In this document: piece after piece, positions 38,168 to 49,494 of the stretch
Position numbering within the stretch: position 1 is the stretch's first letter
How the letters are laid out: the number at the start of each line of letters is the position of its first letter
Source of the DNA: Podarcis cretensis
Lineage: Eukaryota
Direction: 5' to 3'
Assembly (NCBI GenBank): GCA_951804945.1
Contig: OX638157.1
Span: 17,546,001-17,610,000 of the forward strand
DNA length: 64,000 nt
The notes under the pieces: generated by a model
Told to the model about the DNA's origin: nothing
The model's database searches: none
What the model saw: only the letters and a program-made list of their open reading frames with translations
Made by a program: the position numbers and the translations under genes

Positions 38168-40424
38168 TATTCCCCACACTTACACACCTCCACCATATAA
38201 CCAGCCTCTGCCTATAGCAGGCCACTTTGACTCCCTGAACTGTTCCTCAAACTTCACATCACTAATGGCATAATTGGACTTGGTCCTTCCTTCCCTTTGT
38301 GTGCAGGTAATCCCGCCACTTCAGAGGGAATAGGCCAGAAGCACGTGCCATTAGAAATGGAGTGGTGGCTTCACCTGCCACCATACTGCCTATCTCTCCC
38401 TTTGATTACATGGTTTGTAGAACATATTGCTGAAATGCAAGCTTAGTACATGCATGACAAAAGCACCCATTGGAAATCCTGGCGGACTTCCATCTTCCAA
38501 CTGTGTGGGCAAATCTGCTGTTAATTATTTGCTGCTATCCTTCATTTGTGTCACTTGATATTTTCTCAGTTGTTTTTTTCCGCTTCTGCTAGCTGGAGAG
38601 TTCCCACTGCCAGCCTGCTAGGAAACCTTTTTTTATTGCTAAATTGATGACTGCATTTTAAAAGAGTGCAGCGTTTAAATATTTAAGCATGAAAGAAATG
38701 TACTCAAAAGTTTCCCGTGACAAGGGAATCCTTTAAAGTAGATTACAGAGGGAGGCAGCCTAGCAAGGCTTTCTTTCTTAGAATCTCAGGAACAAAAAGA
38801 AATGAAAAATTGGGATTTAAAAAAAATGGACTGAACTGTGGTTTATAGCCACCCGACAAACTCAGGCCCCTTTCTCTCTCTCTTCTGGGTGACCCTGGAG
38901 AATGCCAGAGTGACATATCTGACACAAGCCTTAACATTTAGAAAAATAAATGCATTTAGAAGTGCTTCACAAAATGGCTTTAAGTGAAACAAACATCTCA
39001 ATGTTTTATTTAGACTGTCTACCAAATCGTGAGCTGCATCCTATGCAAGGCTTTTTGTTTTCTGTTTGCTTCCAAAATTATCTGTAAATGACAAGCGCTT
39101 TAGAAAAAGAGAGAAATTTTTTCTTGATTCTATTTCTTAATAAGTTGCATCTAGTCATTTTATATTGTAACAGCTTCTGGCTGACTTCCTGTTGTTATAA
39201 ATCTTATTCAAGAGTATTGTCTATTAATAGCACAAATTGGTTGGGCACTAGTGGTTTAGGAGATAGTTGGGCTTGTGTGGTTTTGAGTGGAAAACCATCG
39301 GAGCTTGAGAAGGGTGAGATACCACACCTCTTCCATCTAAAAATGAGGAGCTATTACTTCCTTTGATCTGGACACTAGACTCCTGTTGATGCCTAGAATA
39401 GCAGGTTTTGCCTAAGAAGTCAAAAGCAGCAGCAAAACAAACAAAAAACCCCATAAAGCTATTGCTAATTTAGCATTACATTTATGCCTAGCTAGTACAT
39501 TTGCTTCTTGGCATCAGTCTAGAGGTGGTTTCCAATCTCACAGTGTCATGTGTGAGTACACAGAGGAAACAAATGTCCACATTACCCTTATGGTACATAC
39601 AAAAGGGAGGTGCATGATCAATCACTTTGCTGCCTCCTCTCACTGACCTTTGCAACATCACTAATTCCTTCTCTCTTGCTTGATAATCAATATTGTGGGT
39701 GTTTGGAGGAGGGGAAGAGAAATGAAACCCCTATGGATGTTATCCACAAGTATAATCCATTTTGTCTCTTTCTTTGCTTTCCACTCCACCAAATGCAGAA
39801 GGATTTTTTTTTAAAACCCACTTGGATGAGCAAGTACTCCACTTTAGTTTTATGTATTAATGGGACAGATTTGTTAGATTCTTAAAAAAAGTTTGTGGGA
39901 CTTGAAGGTGACATTTATTAAATGATACCAGGTGTTCATAGGGTGAGCTCCTTTTTTTTTCTAAGCCATTGGCTGGAAGCACGGGAGATGAATGACCTTG
40001 CCAAGGTTAGAGTTATTGATTCAGGCAGGTAATAAGGGTTTCAGCCACAGTCTCACTAACATTTGTTTCCATAGAAACAGGTTGGGCTTACTCTGCAAGT
40101 CAGATGAGATGATACTGACACTTTCAGGAAAGGAAAAGAGATAAAAGCCACACAAATCAGATTTTTTTGGGGGGGGGAGGGGAGGGGAGGGGTATAAATA
40201 AATCTTGGCATGGGAATGACTTTTGGAGTTTACATGGGACATGAAGGTCATGTAGGCAAACCTTGGCTTTTCATGCATTAACATCCACCCAGACGACAAT
40301 TTAAGCACTGTAAGAGATGACTGCACACCACTGTAAGCAGCAGAGATTAGGAAATAACCTGATGTAGGCTAGAATTTCCTATGCAGAGCAATAAGTAACT
40401 TAGTTAAGCAGAAGGAGGTCTGGA

Positions 40425-40912
40425 GGGTGGCAGCATGAGAGCAGGCCTTTTCTGTGGTGGCTCCCCGTTTGTGGAATGCTCCGCCAGGGAGGCTCACCTG
40501 GTGCCTTCAATACATCTCTTTAGGTGCAAGGCAAAAACATTCCTCTCCTCCCAGGCCTTTGGCCTTTTAAACTGTGTGTGATGATGGGCATTGTTTTTGT
40601 TTGTTACTATGTGCAAGTAGATAAATAGGTACCACTTCGGCGGGAAGGTAAACAACGTTTCTGTGCGCTGCTCTGGTTCGCCAGAAGTGGCTTAGTTATG
40701 CTGGCCATGACCTGGAATCTGTACGCCGGCTTCCTCAGCCAATAAAGCGAGATGAGCGCCGCAACCCCAGAGATGGTCACGACTGGACCTAATGGTCAGG
40801 GGTCCCTTTACCTTTACCTTATGTTATATATCCTTGTGTTTTTATATTGTAAACTATTCTGTGATCTTCTGGTGAAAGGTGTTACAGAAATTTAAAATAA
40901 ATGAATGAATAA
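40425..40912 (+). mobile_element. L2 3' fragment interrupted by a Sauria SINE
   Basis: agcaggccttttctgtggtggctccccgtttgtggaat (RAFSVVAPRLWN). Ends in a taaa/tgaa tail. Confidence 0.7.
40610..40819 (+). mobile_element. Sauria SINE, 5' truncated
   Basis: gtgcaagtagataaataggtacc...ggggtccctttacctttacct. Confidence 0.9.
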
Positions 40913-40979
40913 ATAGCTAAAAAAATAAGAAGAGGCAGCTGGATCAGGCCATTGATCCATCTAGTGTCTTGTTCTCACA

Positions 40980-41164
40980 GGACAGATTTGCAATATACAT
41001 GTAAAGCACATTTGACGTACATGGCTTCTTCCAAAGATTCTTGGGAATAATAGTTTAAGGGTGTTCTTTGATGGCCAAACTGCAGTTCCTGAGAGTCTCT
41101 GGGAGAAATCATGTACTTTAAATGTGCATTGAATGCTCTTTAAGTGAATGGTGTGGTTCTGCCC
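40980..41164. mobile_element. Harbinger-like MITE inserted in a CR1-like 3' end
   Basis: Degenerate TIRs GGACAGATTTGCA / TGTGGTTCTGCCC and a 3-bp duplication ACA. Removing it restores ctcacagtggcc of the host element (40925-41185). Confidence 0.6.
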
Positions 41165-41426
41165 ACAGTGGCCATCCAGATGCCTATTGGAAGCTCCAAC
41201 GCGGTACCTGAGTAGAAGACAAACCAAATGCCTTAAGCAAGTGGTCCAAGCAATAGGCATTGGGCAAGTGGTGACACAGAAAACAAGACTATGGGAAGGA
41301 TATAGTGTAGAGTAAGAGAAAAGGAATTCTTTGGGCTTAGCATGTCAAAATTTACAAATATTGGCAGTAGCTATTTACAGGAGGTGGGCCGCTTATTATT
41401 ACTTATAGGCAAATCAGAATTTTCTT

Positions 41427-42622
41427 TTTTTCTTTTTTTTTATAATAATTTTTATTAGTTTTCCAATTTTAAAACAAAACAACCACAACAACAAAAAGAC
41501 ATCGACAAATACAAACAAACACACAAATATAAGTTCTTAACCTCATTTTCGTAAGCCTCCTTTCTCGGACTTCCCCATACCTCACCCTTTTTACATCCTT
41601 CTTTTACAATTTTTCAGCAACCATTTTAGCCATTTAAATTTAAATTTGTTATCTTCCTCAATTTCACCTTAAATCATCAAACATTTTCTGCTGTAATTCT
41701 GCATCTTCCTTCCCCTTGACATTTTAGCACTCATCAATATTGTAACAGTTCTTAAGATAAGCTTTGAACTTCTTCCAGTCTTCCTCCACCGTCTCTTTCT
41801 CTTGGTCGCGGATTCTGCCAGTCATTTCTGCCAATCCCATAAAGTCAATCACTTTCGTCTGCCATTCTTCCAGTGTGGGGAGTTCTTGTGTCTTCCAATA
41901 CTTTGCTAGAAGGATCCTTGCTGCTGTAGTGGCATACATAAAAAAAGTCCTATCCTTCCTTGACACCAATTGGCCGACCATGCCCAAGAGAAATGCCTCT
42001 GGTTTCTTATGAAAAGTACATTTAAGTACCTTCTTAATTTCATTATAAATCATTTCCCAAAAGGCTTTAATCTTTGGGCAGGTCCACCAAAGGTGAAAGA
42101 AGGTGCCTTCAGTCTCATTACATTTCCAACATTTATTATTGGGCAGATGATAAATCTTCGCAAGTTTGACTGGGGTCATGTACCACCTGTAAATCATTTT
42201 CATAATATTTTCTCTTAGGGCATTACATGCCGTGAATTTAATACCGGTGGTCCATAACTGTTCCCAGTCAACAAACATAATGTCATGACCAATGTCCTGT
42301 GCCCATTTAATCATGGCTGATTTAACTGTCTCATCTATTGTATTCCACTTCAGCAACAAATTGTACATTCTTGATACATTCTTAGTATTGGGTTCTAACA
42401 ATTCTGTTTCCAATTTCGATTTCTCCACCTGGAAGCCAATTTTCCTGTCTTGTTTAAAAGTTTCCATTATTTGGTAATAATGAAGCCAATCTCGCACCTT
42501 GGGCTTTAATTTCTCAAAACTCTGTAGTTTAAATTCACCACTTTCTTGTTCTAAAATTTCAGAATATTTCGGCCATTTGGATTCCATGTTAAGTTTCTTC
42601 ACCTCCTTAGCCTCCATAGGTG
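41427..42622 (-). mobile_element. L1 LINE, 5' truncated (ORF2 C-terminus, 3' UTR, polyA)
   Basis: Open frame with the zinc knuckle CWKC..EGTFFHLWWTC. AATAAA and A-rich tail. 22-bp flanking repeat ATAGGCAAATCAGAATTTTCTT (41405-41426, 42623-42644). Confidence 0.95.
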
Positions 42623-42789
42623 ATAGGCAAATCAGAATTTTCTTGCCCTCATAAGTATTGCAGTTGATTTTGCAAACCATGACTTGACATGAACAAGCAA
42701 GCACACAGGTTCCTGGAGTGACAATTGTGGATGCAGCACTTTTCCTCTGGTTGTGTCACAGTTAACATAACACTATTTAAGTGTTATGT

Positions 42790-43124
42790 TAGACCCTCCA
42801 AGTGTCCCTATTTTCCAGAGACGTCCCTGGTTTAGAGAAGCTGTCCCGGTTTCTGATTGATACCTGAATGTCCCACTGTTCCTTAGGATGTCCCTATTTT
42901 CATTGGAGAAATGTTGGAGGGTATGAAGTTATTCGATCCCCGAGTTGTCTGAAGGCACTCCTATAGAGGGAAGATTTGTTAATGTTTAATGTTTTATTAT
43001 GTTTTTATATGCTGGTAGCTGCGCAGAGTGGCTGGGGCAACCCAGTAAGATGTGTGGTGTATAAATAGTGAAAATAGTGGAATGGGACGTCCATATTTTC
43101 ATTGGAGAAATGTTGGATGGTATG
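42790..43124. mobile_element. hAT (Blackjack-like) MITE containing an L2 tail
   Basis: Termini (TAG)ACCCTCCAA / TTGGATGGTATG with tgtccc subterminal repeats and a duplicated right end. tgttatgt appears on both sides. L2 tail at about 42985-43067. Confidence 0.6.
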
Positions 43125-44392
43125 TTATGTTTGCAACTGGGTTTATGATTTGCCTTGCTCCAGACAAACCATCAGCAGAAAGCCAAGACCAAAACCTTGA
43201 ATGTCTGGAGTGAGAAACTATAGGTCTCTAGGTTCAGATGTAATACCGAACCAGACCCTAGCTTAACTCTGGATAGAGCGGCAGCAGTAGAAAGGAGCAC
43301 CGTGGCCACTATTTTCACTGATTTGCTGATTTGCACTAAGCCATTGTTTGGAGCTGCAAAAACACGTTCAGATTTCAAGGCCTGAGTTTGGGTTGATTCA
43401 CGTTGAGTAATTCAGAATCTTCAAGTGCCGTAATAGCTTCACATAATAAGATGCCTCAGATTGCTGGCAAATGGCAAACTGGGAAGAATGGGCAAGAAGG
43501 ATTGCATTTATCTGAAGTATTCCTTGGGGGTGATCTCAAACAGAACTCTGATTTTATTCGGCTTGATTGTTTCCCTGAATTTTCTTTTGCATCACATGGA
43601 GAGGGGATCTCTAAACAGACATTTCTTATGTGCTAATGAGTTTGCTTAAAGTGAACTGATCATAAGGCAATAGTTGGCTCATTTCAGCACAGCTTCTTGT
43701 GGGGAAGCAAAGTCCAAGAACAATTTTATTTTGCTCACATAGTTCTTGTTTTTCAAAGAGAGAAAAGTAGGTGGTAAGCTCTCGGCTGTAGTTATGCTAT
43801 TAATTCTCCTCCTTTGTATTCAGCGATGCAATAACCGCAAGGAAAGGCATTTCAGCCAAAGCATTAAATGTTACAGGAAAACAGGTGTCTTCAGTGCACC
43901 AGTTATATCATCTGATCATTATCACTTTCCTTTGCCATCTCATTTTCGGATTTAGTTGAACACTTGTGTAGCTCTAACTCAGTCAGTGATCTGGGACTTG
44001 AAACCACTGCTCTTTAATTTGCTCATATCATCCTATTCAGCCTTCTCCCTTGCAAAAATTTAGGACTTCGTTGCTTTCCAGTGCTGTGTTGCCCAGAAAG
44101 CAACTGTGATATCTTTTGGTGAATGCTGACATTTTCTGAGGAGAATAGCAGGAAAAATGTCTATCAACAATTGCTGTCCTTTATGGGAATAATGATTTAT
44201 TAGTCTTTTAATACTTGGATGTGAGCTGCAATTTCTTTGTGGGTATACTCTGTCTGGCAGTCAGGAGGACCATGATCTTAAATGAAACTTAGCACTACTG
44301 TGGAAATATTGAGAAGAGTTGAGTTTAATGGCTATCATCCAATTACAGATGTATTCATATCATCAGCACACCTGTCTTTAGTGATCTTAGTA

Positions 44393-44413
44393 TGTGTGTG
44401 TGTGTTTGTTTGC

Positions 44414-44451
<38 letters not shown>
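44393..44451. repeat. (TG)n microsatellite
   Basis: Directly visible. Confidence 0.95.
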
Positions 44452-44455
<4 letters not shown>

Positions 44456-45834
44456 ACAGGCAGCAGAGGTCTGGAGGAAATGATAGGGTCGCAAACTGTT
44501 TCAGGTTGTAAAACTAAATAAATGTCTGTATTTCTTCAGTTGCCCACACCACCATAGAACAGTGGTGTTTTAATTTTTGGTATTAGTAAATTAGTGATCC
44601 ATTCTATTTTTTAGGATAGCTGTACCACTTAAGATAGTAAATCACTGCAAGTAGTTAAACAAAATCACTGGTCTAAAATAAGTGCTTTTCGAAAAGGGTT
44701 TCTTCTTTTTAAGTTCTTCCTGTTTAGTAAGGAAGAGGAGTGAGGAGGAGGAAGCTTAAACACTTGCCAGACCAATTTCCTCAGCTGTGTATCATACAAG
44801 TAAGAATATTCCCATAACTAACACCTAGCTACATTGAAGTAGTTGTTGCCTTAGTAGATCAGGTAAAGACAAATTTTCAAGTGTTCGCTCAATAAGCCAG
44901 CCGGGGAACATGATTTACTGGCCTAAAAGTTCCTAATGGCATCAGGATGCAATCAATGTAAAGTAATAAATGAACCCTTAACACAAGAGAGTTTACACAA
45001 AAATCCAGATAAATAAGTGATGATGCTACAAATTGCATCCTAAGCAAGAGCTAAAGGGGGATAACTTGAGCTCTTCTACTACTGTGGCATTAGGCAAAAC
45101 TACTTGGTGCTGCTATATATAATTCAAACTGAGAGAAATTGAAATTCACACCTGTTCCTTTTAAGCAAGGGGAGGGCAAATTTCCCCCCATCAAAGAATT
45201 ATTGGCACTGTAGTTTCCTCCTCATAGAGCTACAAATCTCAGCAGCCCATAACAAACTACAATACCCAGAATTCTTTGAGAGGGACAGTGCACTTTGAAT
45301 GTGCTTTAAAGTTAAAGGTGTATATAAGTAGTGTTAAGGGTATTTGGGGTGGAGTAGGGGTGCAAATAGGAGACTTTCCACTCACAGTTATATCTCTGGC
45401 CTCTGCATACCTCTCTTCTTCCATCTACGGTACTTTGATGGTGGGAGTTGTAGTCCAGTAAGGTCTGCAAAGCCACAGATTGTCCACCTGTGGAGTAGAC
45501 AATACATGGAGAAATAATCTAACTGCACAACTTTATTAATTGTATTATTTGCATTTGTCAGCCACTTCTCAGCAACATCCAACAATTAGGTTTAAATCAG
45601 TAAAGTAAGGCAGCAAATATAAAACTAATGCAGTCTAAAAATCCCAGGAGAAACATGTGAATAAAAGCTCCACAACCACTCACATAAAATACACCCACAC
45701 CCTAAGATGAACTAAAAATGGATTGGCTGCCATGAAAACACAAACTAGTAGTGATATAACAAATATTCAGACGCTTAGTGGCCTGCAAAAAATTTGATGA
45801 GATACAAGATGTCAAAAGACCCGAGATGATAACA

Positions 45835-45970
45835 ACAAGGACAACAAGAACAAACCTTCTTGACTTAGTGCTGAAAACAGATTTATGTAGGCACCAAGCA
45901 AGCCTCTCTAGGGACAGCATTCCACAATGTAGAGGCCACTACTGAGAAGGCTCTCTCCCTCAGTACCTCA
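45835..45970 (-). mobile_element. L2 ORF2 C-terminal relic
   Basis: LRERAFSVVASTLWNAVPREA. Confidence 0.7.
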
Positions 45971-47888
45971 GATTGTGATGACTTACTTGTCACCATAAAG
46001 AGAATCCCCACCAAAACCCATATTGCATGGGTGGGCAACCTGTGATATCCCACATGTCCAGGAGTCAGAGATGATAAGAATTGTTGTTGAGGAACATCTG
46101 GAGGCCTTTGAGAGGGCTGCTGGTGTACTACCCATGGCCCTACGGTGTCCATAATCTCTTGACAGGGCTGGGCTGTTTGTAGCCTGTATGTGTCAAAGGT
46201 TACTCAGCTGGCGCAGATGGTTTTAAGGTGTGTTCTCATTCCCTGTAGTTATCCTAGAGTTGGGCGCACCGTTTATGCATTCCTTTCATCAACTGAATTT
46301 TACAGCATAAAGGTTGCGGAATTAAAATGTATAACATGCTTCCATTTTAAATGCATTGCTTTCAGAGAAGAATAGTTAGAACTGATCTACAGCATTACTA
46401 AGTCATCTTTATCCATTTTCTTTTGGATTTATATTGTTATGCAGCGGACGGTATGTCTGTGTTGAGTAAATGTTCTTACTTTTTCATTGTTATGAATTTG
46501 AGAAAATTATACTTCCTGATATGTAGCATAAATGATTTCTTATTACTTTTATTCTTGGAGCACTGTGCCTCATTTCCCATCAAACCAACTGCGTGGATAT
46601 GCTGCAAAGGTGGCGGGGAGGGAGGGGAACACATTGCGGAGTTAAAAAAAAATTCTAATTTGATGGTTCATTTCCTGAAATTATTATGTGTCTCAGAGGT
46701 AATAATGATCAGTGGTGTATGCATTGCTTGTTCAGGAGCGAGACAGGGGGCATCTTAAGATGTGTGGGTTAATATGCTGCTCAAACAGATAAACTCAGTC
46801 ATAATGCAAAAAGTATCATGACTGACATTCTTTACACCAGGCAAGGTAGAGAACCGGATCACCCAGCATAGTTTCAGAACAGCCATTTTGTTGGCAGATA
46901 GAAAAGCCATGGCCGTACAGGCATAGCTGTCTCATCCTAACTTATGTTTACTCAGAAGAACATCCTATTGAATTTAATGGGGCTTTCTCCTAGCTATGTG
47001 GGGTTAGGATTGCAGTCGTAAGAAGGAGACGCAGAGCATAGGTGGGTGGCCAGTTTTCCCTGTGAACCCTTATCATATCCTGATTGCTCGGGAGGTATGA
47101 GGATAGCAAAGCTGTGTTAATGGGCAGTGGAAATGTGATGTGTTTGCTCCTCCAGCATAATTACTGTTACTTAGTAAACATTGTTTTTGATGCAAATGTA
47201 CAACAGTGCTCCTGAATTTCCATAGCAAACTCATTCCGTCCCCCAGTTGTCCTTACCTTGTCAGGTTTCATTTTCTGGTATCTGTATTCTATATTCTCTG
47301 GATCCAATCAATCTTGAAATGATAGTGGGTTATATGAACTTCGCAGAGCGCTTATGGACATGATCCTTAAAGTAAACTGAAAAGTGGCATGAGCTTGCTC
47401 AAAATAGAGAAGTAGATGTTGTTCATACTGATCAACAGAATTCAGAATTTTGGAAGTAATGCATGTGTGCATTTCACCATGCCATGTTCAATTCACTGAG
47501 GCTTGGGGTGGGACTGGGGCAGTGTTACAAAATACCTATGTGCCTGGTGAAGCTGCCATGTCAGGGCATGTGACCAAACTCAGCATACATGTGCTGCTGG
47601 TGTAGCAAAATGTTTGAAAGACTGAGCCATGAATGCAAGAAATCCTCAGTTCAGATCTTGCCAATCTACAATACAGCAAGGTTAAGGCTGACCTACTCAT
47701 CTTGCATGTTTATTGTAATCACTACAACAATATAATATATTTCAAAATCTACAAATGCTCTAAAAGTGTTTGGGCAAATGCTAATGTCACCAGATAATTT
47801 TGAACTTCATGTCAATTGCTGCTGGGGTCATTCCTTACATTATCTTTGCCACATTGCAGCTCCTTCCATGCTGCAAGGTTATGTTAGA

Positions 47889-48055
47889 GTTGGCTGGCAT
47901 CTGTCTCGGGAGACAATGGAGGAGTGTGCCTTTGGGGTTGGAAGGTTACAGTGCCTGCTGTAGAGACCGATACGGGAGAGACATGTTGCAGATGAAGGCA
48001 TCTGGTTGTGTTGCTGCAGGTGCACCATGGTTCTTTTCTCAGTGCTCCTCCCATG
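47889..48055 (-). mobile_element. RTE-clade LINE 3' fragment
   Basis: Inverted copy of about 270-460. Confidence 0.75.
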
Positions 48056-48063
48056 TTAGAAAC

Positions 48064-49137
48064 TGTTGCGCGTCGAGGTTCCCAAGACACCTCAAATAAA
48101 AACACAATGACTTTTGTTTAAGGTTTTTGGCATAATTTTGGCCAAAACTTTATTAAATTACAGCAATGTGAGTGAGTACAATTGCTTAGGCATTGGTAGC
48201 ACTAACTGACCCGCATGGGGACAGCTCTGACATTCACACCCCCTGCGAAGTCAGCAAGGTTATGTCACCTGTGGAGAGAGATGGGACTGAGAACCATGCC
48301 TCACCTCTCCCCAGAATGCTCCCAGGGGCTTGCGTGGCCCTAGCCCCTTGCCAGGGGGTTTCGGACAAAAGCATGGTGAGCCCTTGGGTTCCTTTAACGG
48401 AAAACCCTTGAAGCAGCAGCAGCATTTTGGAGGGGCAGGCACAGCCAAATCCATACCCCTCCACCAACCAATTCCCAAACCAATGCCTAATGGCAACCTT
48501 ACAGGTTGTGACGATTTGTTACGCAGTAGGCAAAACCCAAATGGCACCAGCCAATCAGCCAAATGGACAAAATTCCTACCGGGCCCCTGCCCCAATGGCA
48601 GGCGACCCCATGACAGGCATAGCAAGGTCAAGCAAATGGCCTAACATTAGGGAAGGGAGGGCGGTGATCCGAAGCACGCAGCGAAAAGAGGAAGTTCGTC
48701 GCTGCGTGCAATGTATTTAACAAATAGGGCTGTCAATCAATAAATGGCAACATATAAATTTCCCCAGTAACAGCCCGCCCCTGCTTCAAAGAATGGTCAA
48801 ACCTTTTGCCTAGCAACAGTGAGGTGTCTTGCATGCCCCACCGCAACACATGCTCTCCATGAGGGAGAACACGCTTTATGTACTGAAGTTCTCACCCTGG
48901 GGCAGCAGGGGGATACTGTAGATAGTTTTCACTTTGGTCCACATATGCAAATAAGGAATTGAAAGTGACGTTCGGTGATTGGATAGTTTTAGAAAATTGT
49001 TACAGTTACGTTGTACCGGAGCTCTATATAAGCAGGCTGGCTGAACCCTTCAGTTCAGTTCTGTTCTGGCCTGTGAATAAACAAGAGCTGTTTGAAGAAT
49101 CGCTGTGTCGTCTGATATGTTCACCCACAATTTAAGA
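48064..49137 (+). mobile_element. Solo LTR (TG at 48064-48065 plus 48876-49137) split by an Ngaro-like insertion
   Basis: 5-bp TSD GAAAC (48059-48063, 49138-49142). The body has ATGCAAAT, reverse CCAAT, TATATAA and AATAAA in order. Rejoined start TGTTATG; end TTAAGA (probably from TTAACA). Confidence 0.75.
48066..48875 (-). mobile_element. Ngaro/DIRS-like terminal-repeat element, non-coding
   Basis: Terminus TTGCGCGTCGAGG is similar to TTGTGAGTCGAGG at 21649. ggccaaaactttatt and gcttaggca motifs are collinear with 21730-21780. No TSD. Confidence 0.65.
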
Positions 49138-49494
49138 GAAACCATGTGAAAATTAGACCTGTGTTATCATATCTCTTAAATGCCAAGGCTCTTTTATGTT
49201 AAATTTCACCAAACATGAAGTACTTACGGCTAATGTGGCTCTCACTTCAGTAGGACAATGTGGGTTTAGAAGCATGAACTCTGTAGATTATTTTATCCTG
49301 CCTCTCTTCATTCCTCCTGTTGCAGCCATCTCATACCACCCACAGGCTCAAGCGTCAATCATTCTCCCTTTAGCCATCCCAATGCTTTTGTGGCTGCTGT
49401 GTTACTTAAAAAAGGAACAGCATCTGGAATTGCTCTGACGTATTCTGGATCACTGTTTGCACTCATGTGAAAACAAGTACAGTATCTGGAATCT

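Noticed and set aside
47580-47785. MIR/CORE-SINE relic (also about 29190-29320)
   Set aside because: The resemblance is too degenerate to support without an alignment.
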